Source: Dehalococcoidia bacterium (lineage in GTDB: Bacteria > Chloroflexota > Dehalococcoidia > Lucifugimonadales > QGNO01). From it: DNA of 64,000 nucleotides. The stretch is taken from contig CBDFLI010000002.1 of the NCBI GenBank assembly GCA_965249115.1, positions 1,561,859 through 1,625,858 on the forward strand, given 5' to 3'. The number at the start of each line of letters is the position of its first letter. Position 1 is the first letter of the stretch. Under the pieces are notes generated by a model that was not told where the DNA came from, searched no databases, and saw only the letters and a program-made list of their open reading frames with translations. The position numbers were made by a program, and so were the translations under genes. Of the stretch, positions 28,676-37,751 are shown one piece after another.

Positions 28676-29725
28676 TTACCCGAAGGTCAACGCACGCGCC
28701 GGGTTGTCCACCAGCATCGCCTGGATATCCTCTTCACGGAAACCCCTGCGCCGCATCCAAGGGACTATCACGCGCAGGATATGGGCGTAACCGTGACCGC
28801 CATACTTGGTGAGGTGGCTCTTGCCCCCGATGTCGTGGGAAACGACGACCTGGCTTCCGTGGCCCTCCGAGATAAGCCAGGCTATCTGCTCCAGTCGCTG
28901 GGCGTCAGTGGGCCTGGCTATGTGGGGAGCCAGGGAGTAGTAGGAGACGTCCTGACCGAAAAGGTCGTACTCGATAAGGCACCCGGTCTCCGCTACCTGC
29001 TTCAAGACCTTGCGGTCGAACACGGTACGCTCGATGTGTCCCATGATGACCTTGGAGACGTCCGCGCCGGCGCCGGTCAATATCTCGATGATCTCCAGGG
29101 GCGCGGTCTCGTCACGGCCCGGGTGTATGGAGATGGGCGCCCCAGTCTGTTTCTGCACCCTGCCAGCGGCTCGCAGGACTTTACGCTCGTCGGAGTGCAG
29201 CGGCCATGAACAGCCAAGCTCACCCATGATCCCGGCCTTGATGCCAGTATCGTCTATGCCTTCGGTGATGTCGCGTGCCATCCTGGCGGCCATGTTGTCT
29301 TCGCTCATCATGGCCACGTCTGGCGGATGGGAGAGGGCCACGTACCAGCCAGTGGCGGCCACGACATTTAGGCCAGTGGCCCTGGAGATGCGCGCCAGGC
29401 CCAGGGGGTCCGGGGCCTCACCGATGGTTGTGGCGTCAACGATGGTGTCGCCGCCGGCCTGCTTGTACAGCATGGCCTCGGCTATGGCGGTCTCCTCGTC
29501 GTCCAGACGGAGGTTGTCCAGGTGGTTGTTGTAGTGGTAGCGGAGCCACCACAGGTTCCGGATTGTGATGGGCTGCCTGGACATGTACATGTCGCTGGCA
29601 GTGGTGGGTTCCACGTACAGCGAGGTTACGTCACTCAGCAGGTGTTCGTGGGGCATTGTCACGCCCAGGGTCTGCGGACTGACAAGACCGAGCACTGTCT
29701 GGACCATGCCTGCTGCCTGTGTCAT
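28676..29725 (-). CDS. Phosphotriesterase-related (PTER/aryldialkylphosphatase family) hydrolase
   Basis: The N-terminal GVTMPHEHLLSD matches the HxH motif of the PTE family. At 349 aa the size fits a TIM-barrel enzyme. Confidence 0.8.
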   Translation of the reverse strand: MTQAAGMVQTVLGLVSPQTLGVTMPHEHLLSDVTSLYVEPTTASDMYMSRQPITIRNLWWLRYHYNNHLDNLRLDDEETAIAEAMLYKQAGGDTIVDATTIGEAPDPLGLARISRATGLNVVAATGWYVALSHPPDVAMMSEDNMAARMARDITEGIDDTGIKAGIMGELGCSWPLHSDERKVLRAAGRVQKQTGAPISIHPGRDETAPLEIIEILTGAGADVSKVIMGHIERTVFDRKVLKQVAETGCLIEYDLFGQDVSYYSLAPHIARPTDAQRLEQIAWLISEGHGSQVVVSHDIGGKSHLTKYGGHGYAHILRVIVPWMRRRGFREEDIQAMLVDNPARALTFG

Positions 29726-29787
29726 CTTTGTTCTCCCTCAGAGTGGCTCCCTCAGAGCGTGCGAAGTGATACCGGAAACAAGCCTAA

Positions 29788-30513
29788 TTAGGTCTGAATG
29801 CCGCGCTCCGCCGCCCAGTCGGACACCCGCCCGATGGTCGGATTGTCCGGCCTTTCCCTATAGTAGGGGACCAGGGGGTGTAGCTTGTTGAACAGGCGCC
29901 ATAGCTCCTTCATCGGCTCATCGTGGTCGTCCACGCGGAGGTTGACTATGGAGAAGCCTTCGTTCTCATAGACGAGGATCCCCGAGGCGCGCTGTCCGTT
30001 GGGCTGGCCTCCCGCGTTTGTGCCGCCGTCAATGGCTTTCATGAGCCGGGTCTCTATGTCCTCATCCACCGACTCCTCCATGGCCGTGGCCATGGCGTCC
30101 ACCACGTTAGCGCCCACAAGCCCGTTGCCCATGACTATCCAGCCGTCGCCGGTCTGGTGGCCGGCCCAGTCGCTGTTGTCCGCACCGGTGTGGACGGCGG
30201 TATGGCCCCACCGGTCCACAATACCGGTCTGTCGCCAGCCGACGTAGGGGTCGCTGGCCTTGAGCTCCTCCAGCACGCGCTGGGAGGGATAGCCCAGGTC
30301 CAGCAGTTGGACCGCCAGTGGCCCCAGGCGTGGGTCGGTGTAGGCCTGGGTGCCCACGGCGCCGATGTTGGCCTTCACCGACGGCACGCGGCCCCCGGTG
30401 CCGATCTCGCTGGTGGTCACGGACACGCCCAGCCGACCCGTCCTGGGACACCGGCCGATGGCCGTGAAGGTGTGGGTCTCCGTGCCCAGCTCAAACCTTA
30501 TGCCTTCCAGCAT
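29788..30513 (-). CDS. DUF1028 family (Ntn-hydrolase fold) protein
   Basis: The start is chosen at the ATG at 30513, 5 nt after AGGAGGG. HTFTAIGRCPRTGRLGVSVTTS is typical of DUF1028. The ORF-track start at 30654 is less likely. Confidence 0.65.
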   Translation of the reverse strand: MLEGIRFELGTETHTFTAIGRCPRTGRLGVSVTTSEIGTGGRVPSVKANIGAVGTQAYTDPRLGPLAVQLLDLGYPSQRVLEELKASDPYVGWRQTGIVDRWGHTAVHTGADNSDWAGHQTGDGWIVMGNGLVGANVVDAMATAMEESVDEDIETRLMKAIDGGTNAGGQPNGQRASGILVYENEGFSIVNLRVDDHDEPMKELWRLFNKLHPLVPYYRERPDNPTIGRVSDWAAERGIQT

Positions 30514-30794
30514 TGATTCCCTCCTGACTCTTTTGTAGTTGGATAATACATTTGACATTTCCAGGTCAGTCCCAGTGCGTATCAAACATGCGCTGGGTAA
30601 TTGTGCGTAGCTCTGGGCACAAACACCACCATGCCACCAGCGGAATCTTAGCACAGATTGCAGGCTGGCTGAGAGGAGTACTCAGGATGAATGGAGGTTA
30701 GGCTTCAGGCCACCACTAACGGGTTTTGGCTGTCACTCCCTACCTGGCCTTCCCCGTGAAGGGGGAAGGGAATCAGTTAACTCGACGCTTTGGT

Positions 30795-30925
30795 GGGAGG
30801 ATGGTGAAGGCTGAGGTGTGCAACCGACTTCTGATGCTTCGTCGGCGAGACGATGATGGAGACCTACAAGTTCAACCACCTCCTCGGCATGACAGGCTGC
30901 CGCTCAGAATGACAGAGAGGGGCGG
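30795..30925. repeat. Interspersed intergenic repeat, copy A
   Basis: The core GATGGTGAAGGCTGAGGTGTGCAACC is at 30800-30825, followed by CTTCGTCGGC and CTCAGAATGACAG modules. It is shared with copies at 33.86 and 42.95 kb. Confidence 0.8.
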
Positions 30926-30948
30926 ACTGGGCTTGGATATTAGATAAT

Positions 30949-32319
30949 CTAGTGAACCGGGAGCGGTTCCGGCGGCCTGAGGCTGACGTTAAGCTCTCGT
31001 TCAGACCAACGGGCCGCCGCCAGGAGGCGTTGCTCCGCGAAGGGCGAAGCGATCATCTGCACGCCGAGAGGCAACCCGGAACGGCTCAGTCCGGAGGGAA
31101 TGGTGATGCTGGGCAGGCCGCTGAAGGTCCAGGGACCCTGGAACGCGGCGTCGCCGGTTGTCGTGAGGTCGCGAGGCGCAGGGGTCGGCGTGGAAGGCGT
31201 AAGGAGAACGTCGACTCCACGCGCCAGGGCCTCCACGTCACGCCTGAACCGGCGGCGCAGGCGCTGGGCCTGCACGTACTTGACCGCGGGTATCAGGGCG
31301 CCCGTCTCCAGCATCCGCCTGATGGCGGGGCCGTAGTCATGGGCACGCTGGCGGTGGTTCTGCTCGTGGTAGGCGGAGCATTCGACGTGATAGATGACGG
31401 CCTGGGCGGCAGTGGCGTTGGCAAAGCTCTCCGGCAGCTTCAGTTCCTCCACGACGGCGCCGGACCTGGCCAGCCGGTCAACGGTCGCACTGGTATGGGC
31501 GCGGGTCTCCTCGTCGGCATGGTCATGGAAGAACTCACCGATCACTCCTATGCGCGGCGCATGGCCATTTTCCAGAGCCCTGGTGTAGTCGGGCACGCGA
31601 CGCCGGGACGAGCTGGGGTCCTTGGAGTCGTACCCAGCCAGGGCGTTGAGCATTAGCGCAGTATCCTCAACGGTACGCGCCATTATCCCAACGTGGTCCA
31701 GGGAGAAGGCGGCGGGGATCACGCCGTAGCGGCTGACGCGGCCGTAGGTGGCCTTGAGACCGACGATACCGTTGTAGGAGGCGGGCCTGAGGTTGGAGCC
31801 ACCAGTCTGCGAGCCCAGGGCCGCCGGGCACATCCTAGCGGCCACCGCCACCGCCGAGCCGGTGCTGGTACCACCGGGGGTATGGGCAGAGTCCCACGGG
31901 TTCAGCGTGCCGGGGTTATCGCTGGATGAAGCGAACTCACAGGTGACTGTTTTGCCCAGTATTATGGCACCACTCCTCTTCAAGCGTGTGACCGTCGTAG
32001 CGTCATACTCGGGCACAAAATCGGCGTACACCTTGGAGCCAGCGGTGGTCCTCATGCCCCTGGTGTAGTAGATGTCCTTAAGCCCTACGGGAACGCCGTG
32101 AAGAGGAGAGAGAGGTTTCTTCTGTTGCGCCAGCTCCTCAGCGCGCCGGGCTTGTTGCAGCACGGCGTCGGCGTCCACGGTGACCCACGCCTTGAGGACC
32201 GGATCAGTGGCCTGGATACGGGATAGGAGCGACTCCGCCAAAGCCACGGGAGAGAGGGTCCGGTCGCGTATGCGAGACGCTATCTCGGAAATGGTCAACT
32301 CATGGAGATCTGCCATCAT
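30949..32319 (-). CDS. Amidase-signature amidase (AtzE-like context)
   Basis: GGTSTGSAVAVAARM...GSQTGGSNLRPASYNG matches the signature. It is preceded by a small AtzG/DUF4089-like ORF. Confidence 0.8.
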   Translation of the reverse strand: MMADLHELTISEIASRIRDRTLSPVALAESLLSRIQATDPVLKAWVTVDADAVLQQARRAEELAQQKKPLSPLHGVPVGLKDIYYTRGMRTTAGSKVYADFVPEYDATTVTRLKRSGAIILGKTVTCEFASSSDNPGTLNPWDSAHTPGGTSTGSAVAVAARMCPAALGSQTGGSNLRPASYNGIVGLKATYGRVSRYGVIPAAFSLDHVGIMARTVEDTALMLNALAGYDSKDPSSSRRRVPDYTRALENGHAPRIGVIGEFFHDHADEETRAHTSATVDRLARSGAVVEELKLPESFANATAAQAVIYHVECSAYHEQNHRQRAHDYGPAIRRMLETGALIPAVKYVQAQRLRRRFRRDVEALARGVDVLLTPSTPTPAPRDLTTTGDAAFQGPWTFSGLPSITIPSGLSRSGLPLGVQMIASPFAEQRLLAAARWSERELNVSLRPPEPLPVH

Positions 32320-32365
32320 ATCCTCTGATATCAGATACTGGCTCTAATGTCGAATACGGCTTCTG

Positions 32366-32554
32366 TTACCAGAAAAAGGCCGGCTCCTCTTCACGGTCCG
32401 GGAGGTTGTTGCCGATATGCCAGAGGGCCGCGGCGACCCGCTCAAGGTTTGGGCGGATGGCGTCCGCGCGCTCCACACCCCACCTTTCCACGGCCTGCTC
32501 GTATAGCTTGTTATGGATGTCTTCCTGAGAAGCGCCCGGACCCGTAGTAGTCAT
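32366..32554 (-). CDS. Small AtzG/DUF4089-like (GatC-like) protein
   Basis: 62 aa, located directly upstream of the amidase. The C-terminal ...NLPDREEEPAFFW resembles the acidic EPA-x-F tail of DUF4089 proteins. Assignment is from memory only. Confidence 0.45.
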   Translation of the reverse strand: MTTTGPGASQEDIHNKLYEQAVERWGVERADAIRPNLERVAAALWHIGNNLPDREEEPAFFW

Positions 32555-32668
32555 TGGACTCCCTTACGATTGCAGTACCATTATGGCACCCTTTCGCTGC
32601 ACCAAGGAGTGCCACTACGCCACAGAGGGCATAGTAGCACATACTCCCCAGTGTGGTCAGTGCCCGGC

Positions 32669-32860
32669 TTATCCCAGTGTCCTGGTCGCCGCCACGGCAA
32701 TGGCTATTGCCACCACAGCCAAGACAATCCACCAGGGGAGCCCCCTGCCACCCGGTGCCGACCGTGGCCCTCGTATGCGTCGTCTTCGTCGCCGGTTCAT
32801 CGCCCCTGCCCTAGTGTGACCCTGCCTTTCAATTAAGCGTGCCACCTCACTCTCTGCCAT
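32669..32860 (-). CDS. Small hypothetical protein with Arg-rich segment and one TM helix
   Basis: 63-aa ORF containing RRRRRRIRG followed by WWIVLAVVAIAIAVAA. Coding status is uncertain. Confidence 0.3.
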   Translation of the reverse strand: MAESEVARLIERQGHTRAGAMNRRRRRRIRGPRSAPGGRGLPWWIVLAVVAIAIAVAATRTLG

Positions 32861-32923
32861 GTATTATGGTTATAGCACGTCTGACGGCAACAGGTGTCGT
32901 TACCCAACAGGTAACTATAGCGA

Positions 32924-33769
32924 ATGCTCAAGGCAAAACCAGGCCGGTGGAAACATCTCAAGGTATCACTTCTTTCCACCCTGCTGGTAGTCGCGGCACT
33001 CATTGCAGGCCGGTGTGGAATGATAGAGCACCAGTTTATCTACTTTCCGGAGAGTACCCTTGAAACCGACCCCTCTTCCCGGGGCCTGGCCTTTGAAGAC
33101 GTACACTTCGCGGCCCGTGACGGCGTCCGGTTACACGGATGGTTCGTGCCCGGCAACGGCGATGTGACCTGGGTATGGTTCCACGGGAACGCGGGAAACA
33201 TCAGCCATCGCGTTGATAACCTGGAGCTTGTCCACGACCGGTTGGGCGTCAACGTTTTCCTCTTCGACTACCGTGGCTACGGGCAGAGCCAGGGCACGCC
33301 TTCGGAGCAGGGGACGTACCTGGACGCTCAGGCGGCCCTGGCATACGTCAGAACACGTGACGACGTTGCCTCAGACCGGATAGTGTACTTCGGCAGGTCA
33401 CTGGGATCAGCGATTGCCGTTGAGCTGGCGACCCAGGATGCGCCCTATGCCCTTATCCTGGAGAGCCCTTTACCCTCCATTCGCTACATGGTTCGCCAGG
33501 CCTACCCCTTCTTGCCCATAGGGCCGCTCCTGAGGACCAAGTACGATACGCTGGCAAAGATCGGCGGGGTGAACGCGCCGTTGCTGGTGTTGCACGGCGA
33601 CAGGGACGACATGATCCCCATAGAAGGGGGTAGAGAGGTCTTTGACGCTGCGGGGGGGCCCAAGAGTTTCCACACCATAGAAGGCGCGGGGCACAACGAC
33701 ACCTACCTGGTGGAGGGCCAACCGTATTGGGACGCGCTGAAACGTTTCATGCAGGACCTGGATTCTTGA
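32924..33769 (+). CDS. Alpha/beta hydrolase
   Basis: It has an N-terminal TM anchor, the nucleophile elbow GRSLGS, and a later D and GAGHND catalytic-triad context. Confidence 0.8.
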   Translation: MLKAKPGRWKHLKVSLLSTLLVVAALIAGRCGMIEHQFIYFPESTLETDPSSRGLAFEDVHFAARDGVRLHGWFVPGNGDVTWVWFHGNAGNISHRVDNLELVHDRLGVNVFLFDYRGYGQSQGTPSEQGTYLDAQAALAYVRTRDDVASDRIVYFGRSLGSAIAVELATQDAPYALILESPLPSIRYMVRQAYPFLPIGPLLRTKYDTLAKIGGVNAPLLVLHGDRDDMIPIEGGREVFDAAGGPKSFHTIEGAGHNDTYLVEGQPYWDALKRFMQDLDS

Positions 33770-33799
33770 AGGAGTGTTGGTTTATTGGAGCAGACCTTG

Positions 33800-33905
33800 G
33801 TCCAGGTTCACCACGAACGGAAGCCAACCCCACCCCAGATGCTTCGTCGGCAGAAGGATGGTGAGGGCTGAGGTGTGCAACCGCCTCCTCAGAATGACAG
33901 GCTAT
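33800..33905. repeat. Interspersed intergenic repeat, copy B
   Basis: The core GATGGTGAGGGCTGAGGTGTGCAACC is at 33857-33882, flanked by GCTTCGTCGGC and CTCCTCAGAATGACAGG. Confidence 0.8.
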
Positions 33906-33976
33906 GGCAGACTCAGCCGGACGAAGTCAGACCTGTCGAAGAGGTGACCCCATATCCCAGGGCCTGGAAAGGGACG

Positions 33977-35317
33977 CTACTTCAACGCCGCGGCGTTCTC
34001 TTCCAAGAACTCCACGGTGGCGTCTATGGTCCGCTGAATGTCCTCCGTGGAGTGTGCCGCACTGATGTAGGACCGGCTCACCGCCTGGGGCCGTATGAAG
34101 ATACCACGTTGGAACATGTGCGCCCGGTAGTCGCTGTCCATCTGGGCGCCGCCCCGCTCCCTGTACCGCACCACGTCATGGTGGTCCCTGGGCTCTTGAT
34201 CACTGAAGTACATGCACCAGACCGAGCCGAAGCCGTCACACCTGGCCTTCACCCCCAGTCGTTGAATGGCAGTGTTGACGCCGTCTCGCAGGGTATCGCC
34301 CAACCCCATTAACTGAGGGTAAAACCCCGGCCTGCCCAGTATCTCAAGGGTCTTCACCGCTGCCGCTACGCCCAGGGCGTTCCCACCGAAGGTCCCCGCC
34401 ACCCTGACCTTACCCTGGGGAGACACCAGGGACATCAGCTCCCTCTTGCCTGCGACGGCGGCGATGACGTAACCGCTGGCCATGGCCTTACCGAAGGTGC
34501 CCAGGTCCGGTGTGACACCCACTACTCCCTGGCCTCCGCTGAGACCGTGTCGGAACCCCGTCACGATCTCGTCGAAGACCAGCACAATGCCAAGGTCGTC
34601 GCATATCTGACGCAGACCCTCCAGGAATCCCGGCCTGGGAATCAGGTTGCTGCTGTGGATCATAGGCTCCACCAGGAGGCACGCCACCTGCTCCTTATCC
34701 TGGTGGAGTCGTGTGGCTACGGTTTCAAGGTCGTTGTAGGGCAGGACAATGGTATTGGCGATGGACTCGGTGGGCACGCCCGCGGACTCCGAAATGGTGA
34801 GTGGGGTCCCCTCCGAGTCGCCATAGGAAGATATAGCGCCGTTGTTCACGCCAACGATGTCCGACCATCCCTGATACCCGCCATCGAACTTGACCACCTT
34901 GGTCCTGCCCGTGTACTCCCTGGCGATGCGTATCGCGAAGGTGATAGCGTCTGTCCCGGTGGCGCAAAGGGCCACCATCTCAGCGCATGGGATGTACTCG
35001 GTGAGCTTCCCGGCCAGGACCACATCCGCACGGTTGGGCATGGCAAACTGGACGTTGCCCTCCTGTATGGCCTCTATGACCGCCTGGCTGACCTCCGGGT
35101 GGGCGTGTCCCAGAATGTGCGGGCCGGCGCCGCACCAGTAGTCCAGGTACTCGTTGCCGTCAACGTCATAGATACGTGACCCTCTGGCACCACTGACAAA
35201 GAAGGCGTTTGGCGCCCACCACTTGCAGTTGGGGACGCCCTTTGGGCTAAAGGCCGAGGCATCCTTCATCAGCTGCTGCGAACGTTCCAGCTTGACTTCA
35301 CCGTGGGGCGTAGTCAT
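33977..35317 (-). CDS. Class III aminotransferase (GSA aminomutase-like)
   Basis: The sequences GSRIYDVDGNEYLDY, FDEIVTGFR and TFGKAMASG (PLP lysine context) are present. Confidence 0.85.
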   Translation of the reverse strand: MTTPHGEVKLERSQQLMKDASAFSPKGVPNCKWWAPNAFFVSGARGSRIYDVDGNEYLDYWCGAGPHILGHAHPEVSQAVIEAIQEGNVQFAMPNRADVVLAGKLTEYIPCAEMVALCATGTDAITFAIRIAREYTGRTKVVKFDGGYQGWSDIVGVNNGAISSYGDSEGTPLTISESAGVPTESIANTIVLPYNDLETVATRLHQDKEQVACLLVEPMIHSSNLIPRPGFLEGLRQICDDLGIVLVFDEIVTGFRHGLSGGQGVVGVTPDLGTFGKAMASGYVIAAVAGKRELMSLVSPQGKVRVAGTFGGNALGVAAAVKTLEILGRPGFYPQLMGLGDTLRDGVNTAIQRLGVKARCDGFGSVWCMYFSDQEPRDHHDVVRYRERGGAQMDSDYRAHMFQRGIFIRPQAVSRSYISAAHSTEDIQRTIDATVEFLEENAAALK

Positions 35318-35347
35318 CCGTGGGCACCTCCCTATGGATTGCTATGG

Positions 35348-36091
35348 TCATAACAGTACGCCTCTGAGTAGATAAGCCTCACGCGCGTCATCGTGCAGCG
35401 GGTATGACAGCTTTTCAACCTCGAACCCGGCCTCGGTCATCAACTTTTGCCACGTCTCCACAGGAAACAGGCCGGTGATGTGGAGGTCCTGCTCAACACG
35501 GAGACGCCCGTTCTCCTTCCAGACATAGACATACAGCGCCTCGACCGTCGTGTCATTGGGATCGGGGTCATGCCAGTACTGCACAAAGGCAAGCTCCTTA
35601 CCCTCTCTCCGCTTCAACTCACTGGTTACGTGCGTTCCCGGAAAGGTCTCGCGATACCAGTCAGGAGCCGTGATGAAGACACCACCCGGGGCAAGATGGA
35701 ACCTGGCCGTGGCAAAAGCGGCACGCAGGTCATCTTCCGTCAGCATGTAGGCAATGGCATCGTGGATGATAACCGCCTTGAAAGTCCGACCCAGACGCAC
35801 TGTACGCATATCTCCAATATGGTGCTCAACGCCGGGGTTCAACCGGATGGAGTTAGCCATCATCTTCTCTGAAATGTCCACGGCAGTGGCTTGAAACTCC
35901 CCCGTGAGATGCGACAAGTTGTTTCCGCCGCCCACGCCCAACTCCAGAATTTCGTGTCGCCCGGGTCCCAGTTTTTCACGGAGGGAGTCGCGCCAGTAGC
36001 CGGCCTCTTCGGCGTAGTCCTCCGGATGGCTGATAAGGGGCCACATGTGGGCGAACTCATCGTACATCCTATTCTGTTTCACGGCGTCCAT
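35348..36091 (-). CDS. Class I SAM-dependent methyltransferase
   Basis: ILELGVGGGNN matches motif I (ExGxGxG), followed by the acidic loop. Confidence 0.8.
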   Translation of the reverse strand: MDAVKQNRMYDEFAHMWPLISHPEDYAEEAGYWRDSLREKLGPGRHEILELGVGGGNNLSHLTGEFQATAVDISEKMMANSIRLNPGVEHHIGDMRTVRLGRTFKAVIIHDAIAYMLTEDDLRAAFATARFHLAPGGVFITAPDWYRETFPGTHVTSELKRREGKELAFVQYWHDPDPNDTTVEALYVYVWKENGRLRVEQDLHITGLFPVETWQKLMTEAGFEVEKLSYPLHDDAREAYLLRGVLL

Positions 36092-36125
36092 TATTTACCC
36101 CGGGATTTCCTTCCAACAAAAGGCT

Positions 36126-37430
36126 TCAACTTGACGAAACCACCGGAACCTTTTTCTTAGGCTTCACCAGAAACAGGAGGACAAAAACACCAAAGGCCGC
36201 GATTCCAGCGTAGGTAAACAGCGCCGGCGTGTAGTCCTGGGTCCTATCATAAACCCAACCAATGTAAACGGGGCTGAATATGGCGACTGTGGTAAAGGTG
36301 GTGAGCAGGCCACGCAGTCGTGCGAAGATCCCGCGCCCGAAGTACTCGCCGATGATGGAGTAGTTGGTGGGAGACACACCCTCGCCGTAGGCAAACAGGG
36401 CGGCGAATGCGTACATGAGCAGGGTGCTATCAGCGTAGATAAGTATGAACATGGAGACCAGGAGGGCGCTGTGCCCCGACATAAGTATGAACCTCTTGCT
36501 GAAGCGGTCGCCCAGGTAGCCGTTGAGCAGGATCAGCGGTGTTGCCACCAAAGCGGAGAACCCTATGAAGGAGGCACCTGCGACCTCGCTGTATCCCTTC
36601 CAGACGAAGATGGGCACCCAGTGGAGGTGGATACCACCTATGACCAGGTAACGCACAGTGGTGCTCATGACTATGAGCCAGTATGAAGGCGTTCTGAGGG
36701 ACTCCTTGAGAGTGAAGTCCACGGTGGCTGGTCCGGATGCAATGAAGTTGCTGTCCGTGTCTTCCACCTGTGGCTGTGTCACGCTTGGCTCCTGGGGTTT
36801 GGCGCCGTCGGGCAGGAGGCCCATGGACTCGGGTGAGCGGCGAATGAGGAGCGAGAGGGGTGCGGCTATGATCAGCACCACTGCCGCAGCGAAAATGGAC
36901 CCAACGCGCCAGCTATAAGCGGCAACAATAAGGGCCATGATCGGAGTGAACAGGGCGCTGCCCAACCGCAGTGACGAGGAGAAGGCGCTCATGGCCCGGG
37001 TGCGGTAACGGATAAACCAGAGGTTGGCCACGGCATGCATGGAACTGATGAACCCCATCTGGAAACCTATCGAAATGACCCCCATGTAAATGAGAACAAA
37101 GGACCAGAGGCCGTTGGTCATTATCAGTAGCAGGTACCCGACTCCACCCATAATGGTCCCTATCATAATGGGCAACCGCGGCCCGAAACGGTCTATCATC
37201 CAGCCCACCAGGGGCGACTCCACACTGCCCTCAAGGCGTGAAAGGGAGAAGACGAAAGACAAGGAAGCGCGGCTCAGGTTCAGTTCCTTGGTCAGCGGCA
37301 AGAAGAAGACGCTCAATGCGGCCTGATGAATGGAGCCTATACCGCTGATAACGGCGCCAATGGCTACCATCCGCCAGCCGTAATACACGCCGGATACCCG
37401 GGCCTTTGGCTCTGTAGAGTACGATTGCAC
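36126..37430 (-). CDS. MFS transporter
   Basis: 434 aa with 12 hydrophobic spans. Confidence 0.8.
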   Translation of the reverse strand: MQSYSTEPKARVSGVYYGWRMVAIGAVISGIGSIHQAALSVFFLPLTKELNLSRASLSFVFSLSRLEGSVESPLVGWMIDRFGPRLPIMIGTIMGGVGYLLLIMTNGLWSFVLIYMGVISIGFQMGFISSMHAVANLWFIRYRTRAMSAFSSSLRLGSALFTPIMALIVAAYSWRVGSIFAAAVVLIIAAPLSLLIRRSPESMGLLPDGAKPQEPSVTQPQVEDTDSNFIASGPATVDFTLKESLRTPSYWLIVMSTTVRYLVIGGIHLHWVPIFVWKGYSEVAGASFIGFSALVATPLILLNGYLGDRFSKRFILMSGHSALLVSMFILIYADSTLLMYAFAALFAYGEGVSPTNYSIIGEYFGRGIFARLRGLLTTFTTVAIFSPVYIGWVYDRTQDYTPALFTYAGIAAFGVFVLLFLVKPKKKVPVVSSS

Positions 37431-37654
37431 TTAAGCTCCCACGCTGGGACCAAACGTAGAGAATGAGCCGATAATACTCCTCTCCAATGCTTACCTCAAT
37501 ACGACATAGACTACCCTAATAAAACAGGGGCCACGTCGGCCATGACGTGCCGTCAAAGTCGGTCTTGCCCGGCATACTAACGCGCTGCAATACCCACCAC
37601 GTCCTGCTCAGCGAGCCTGAAAACTACCGGTGATGTGGCGTTTTGCGGTATCCT

Positions 37655-37717
37655 GCTGGAAGTAACAGATGCAGGGCTTCAGGTAACAGGGATCAGGCTT
37701 GAGGTAACAGACGCCGG
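37655..37717 (+). repeat. Three tandem 21-bp imperfect repeats (core AGGTAACAG)
   Basis: The units are 37655-37675, 37676-37696 and 37697-37717: GCTGGAAGTAACAGATGCAGG, GCTTCAGGTAACAGGGATCAG and GCTTGAGGTAACAGACGCCGG. They lie in the divergent intergenic region. Confidence 0.7.
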
Positions 37718-37751
37718 AGCCGGTTTGATATCCAGTCGCATCGCTGAAGCT

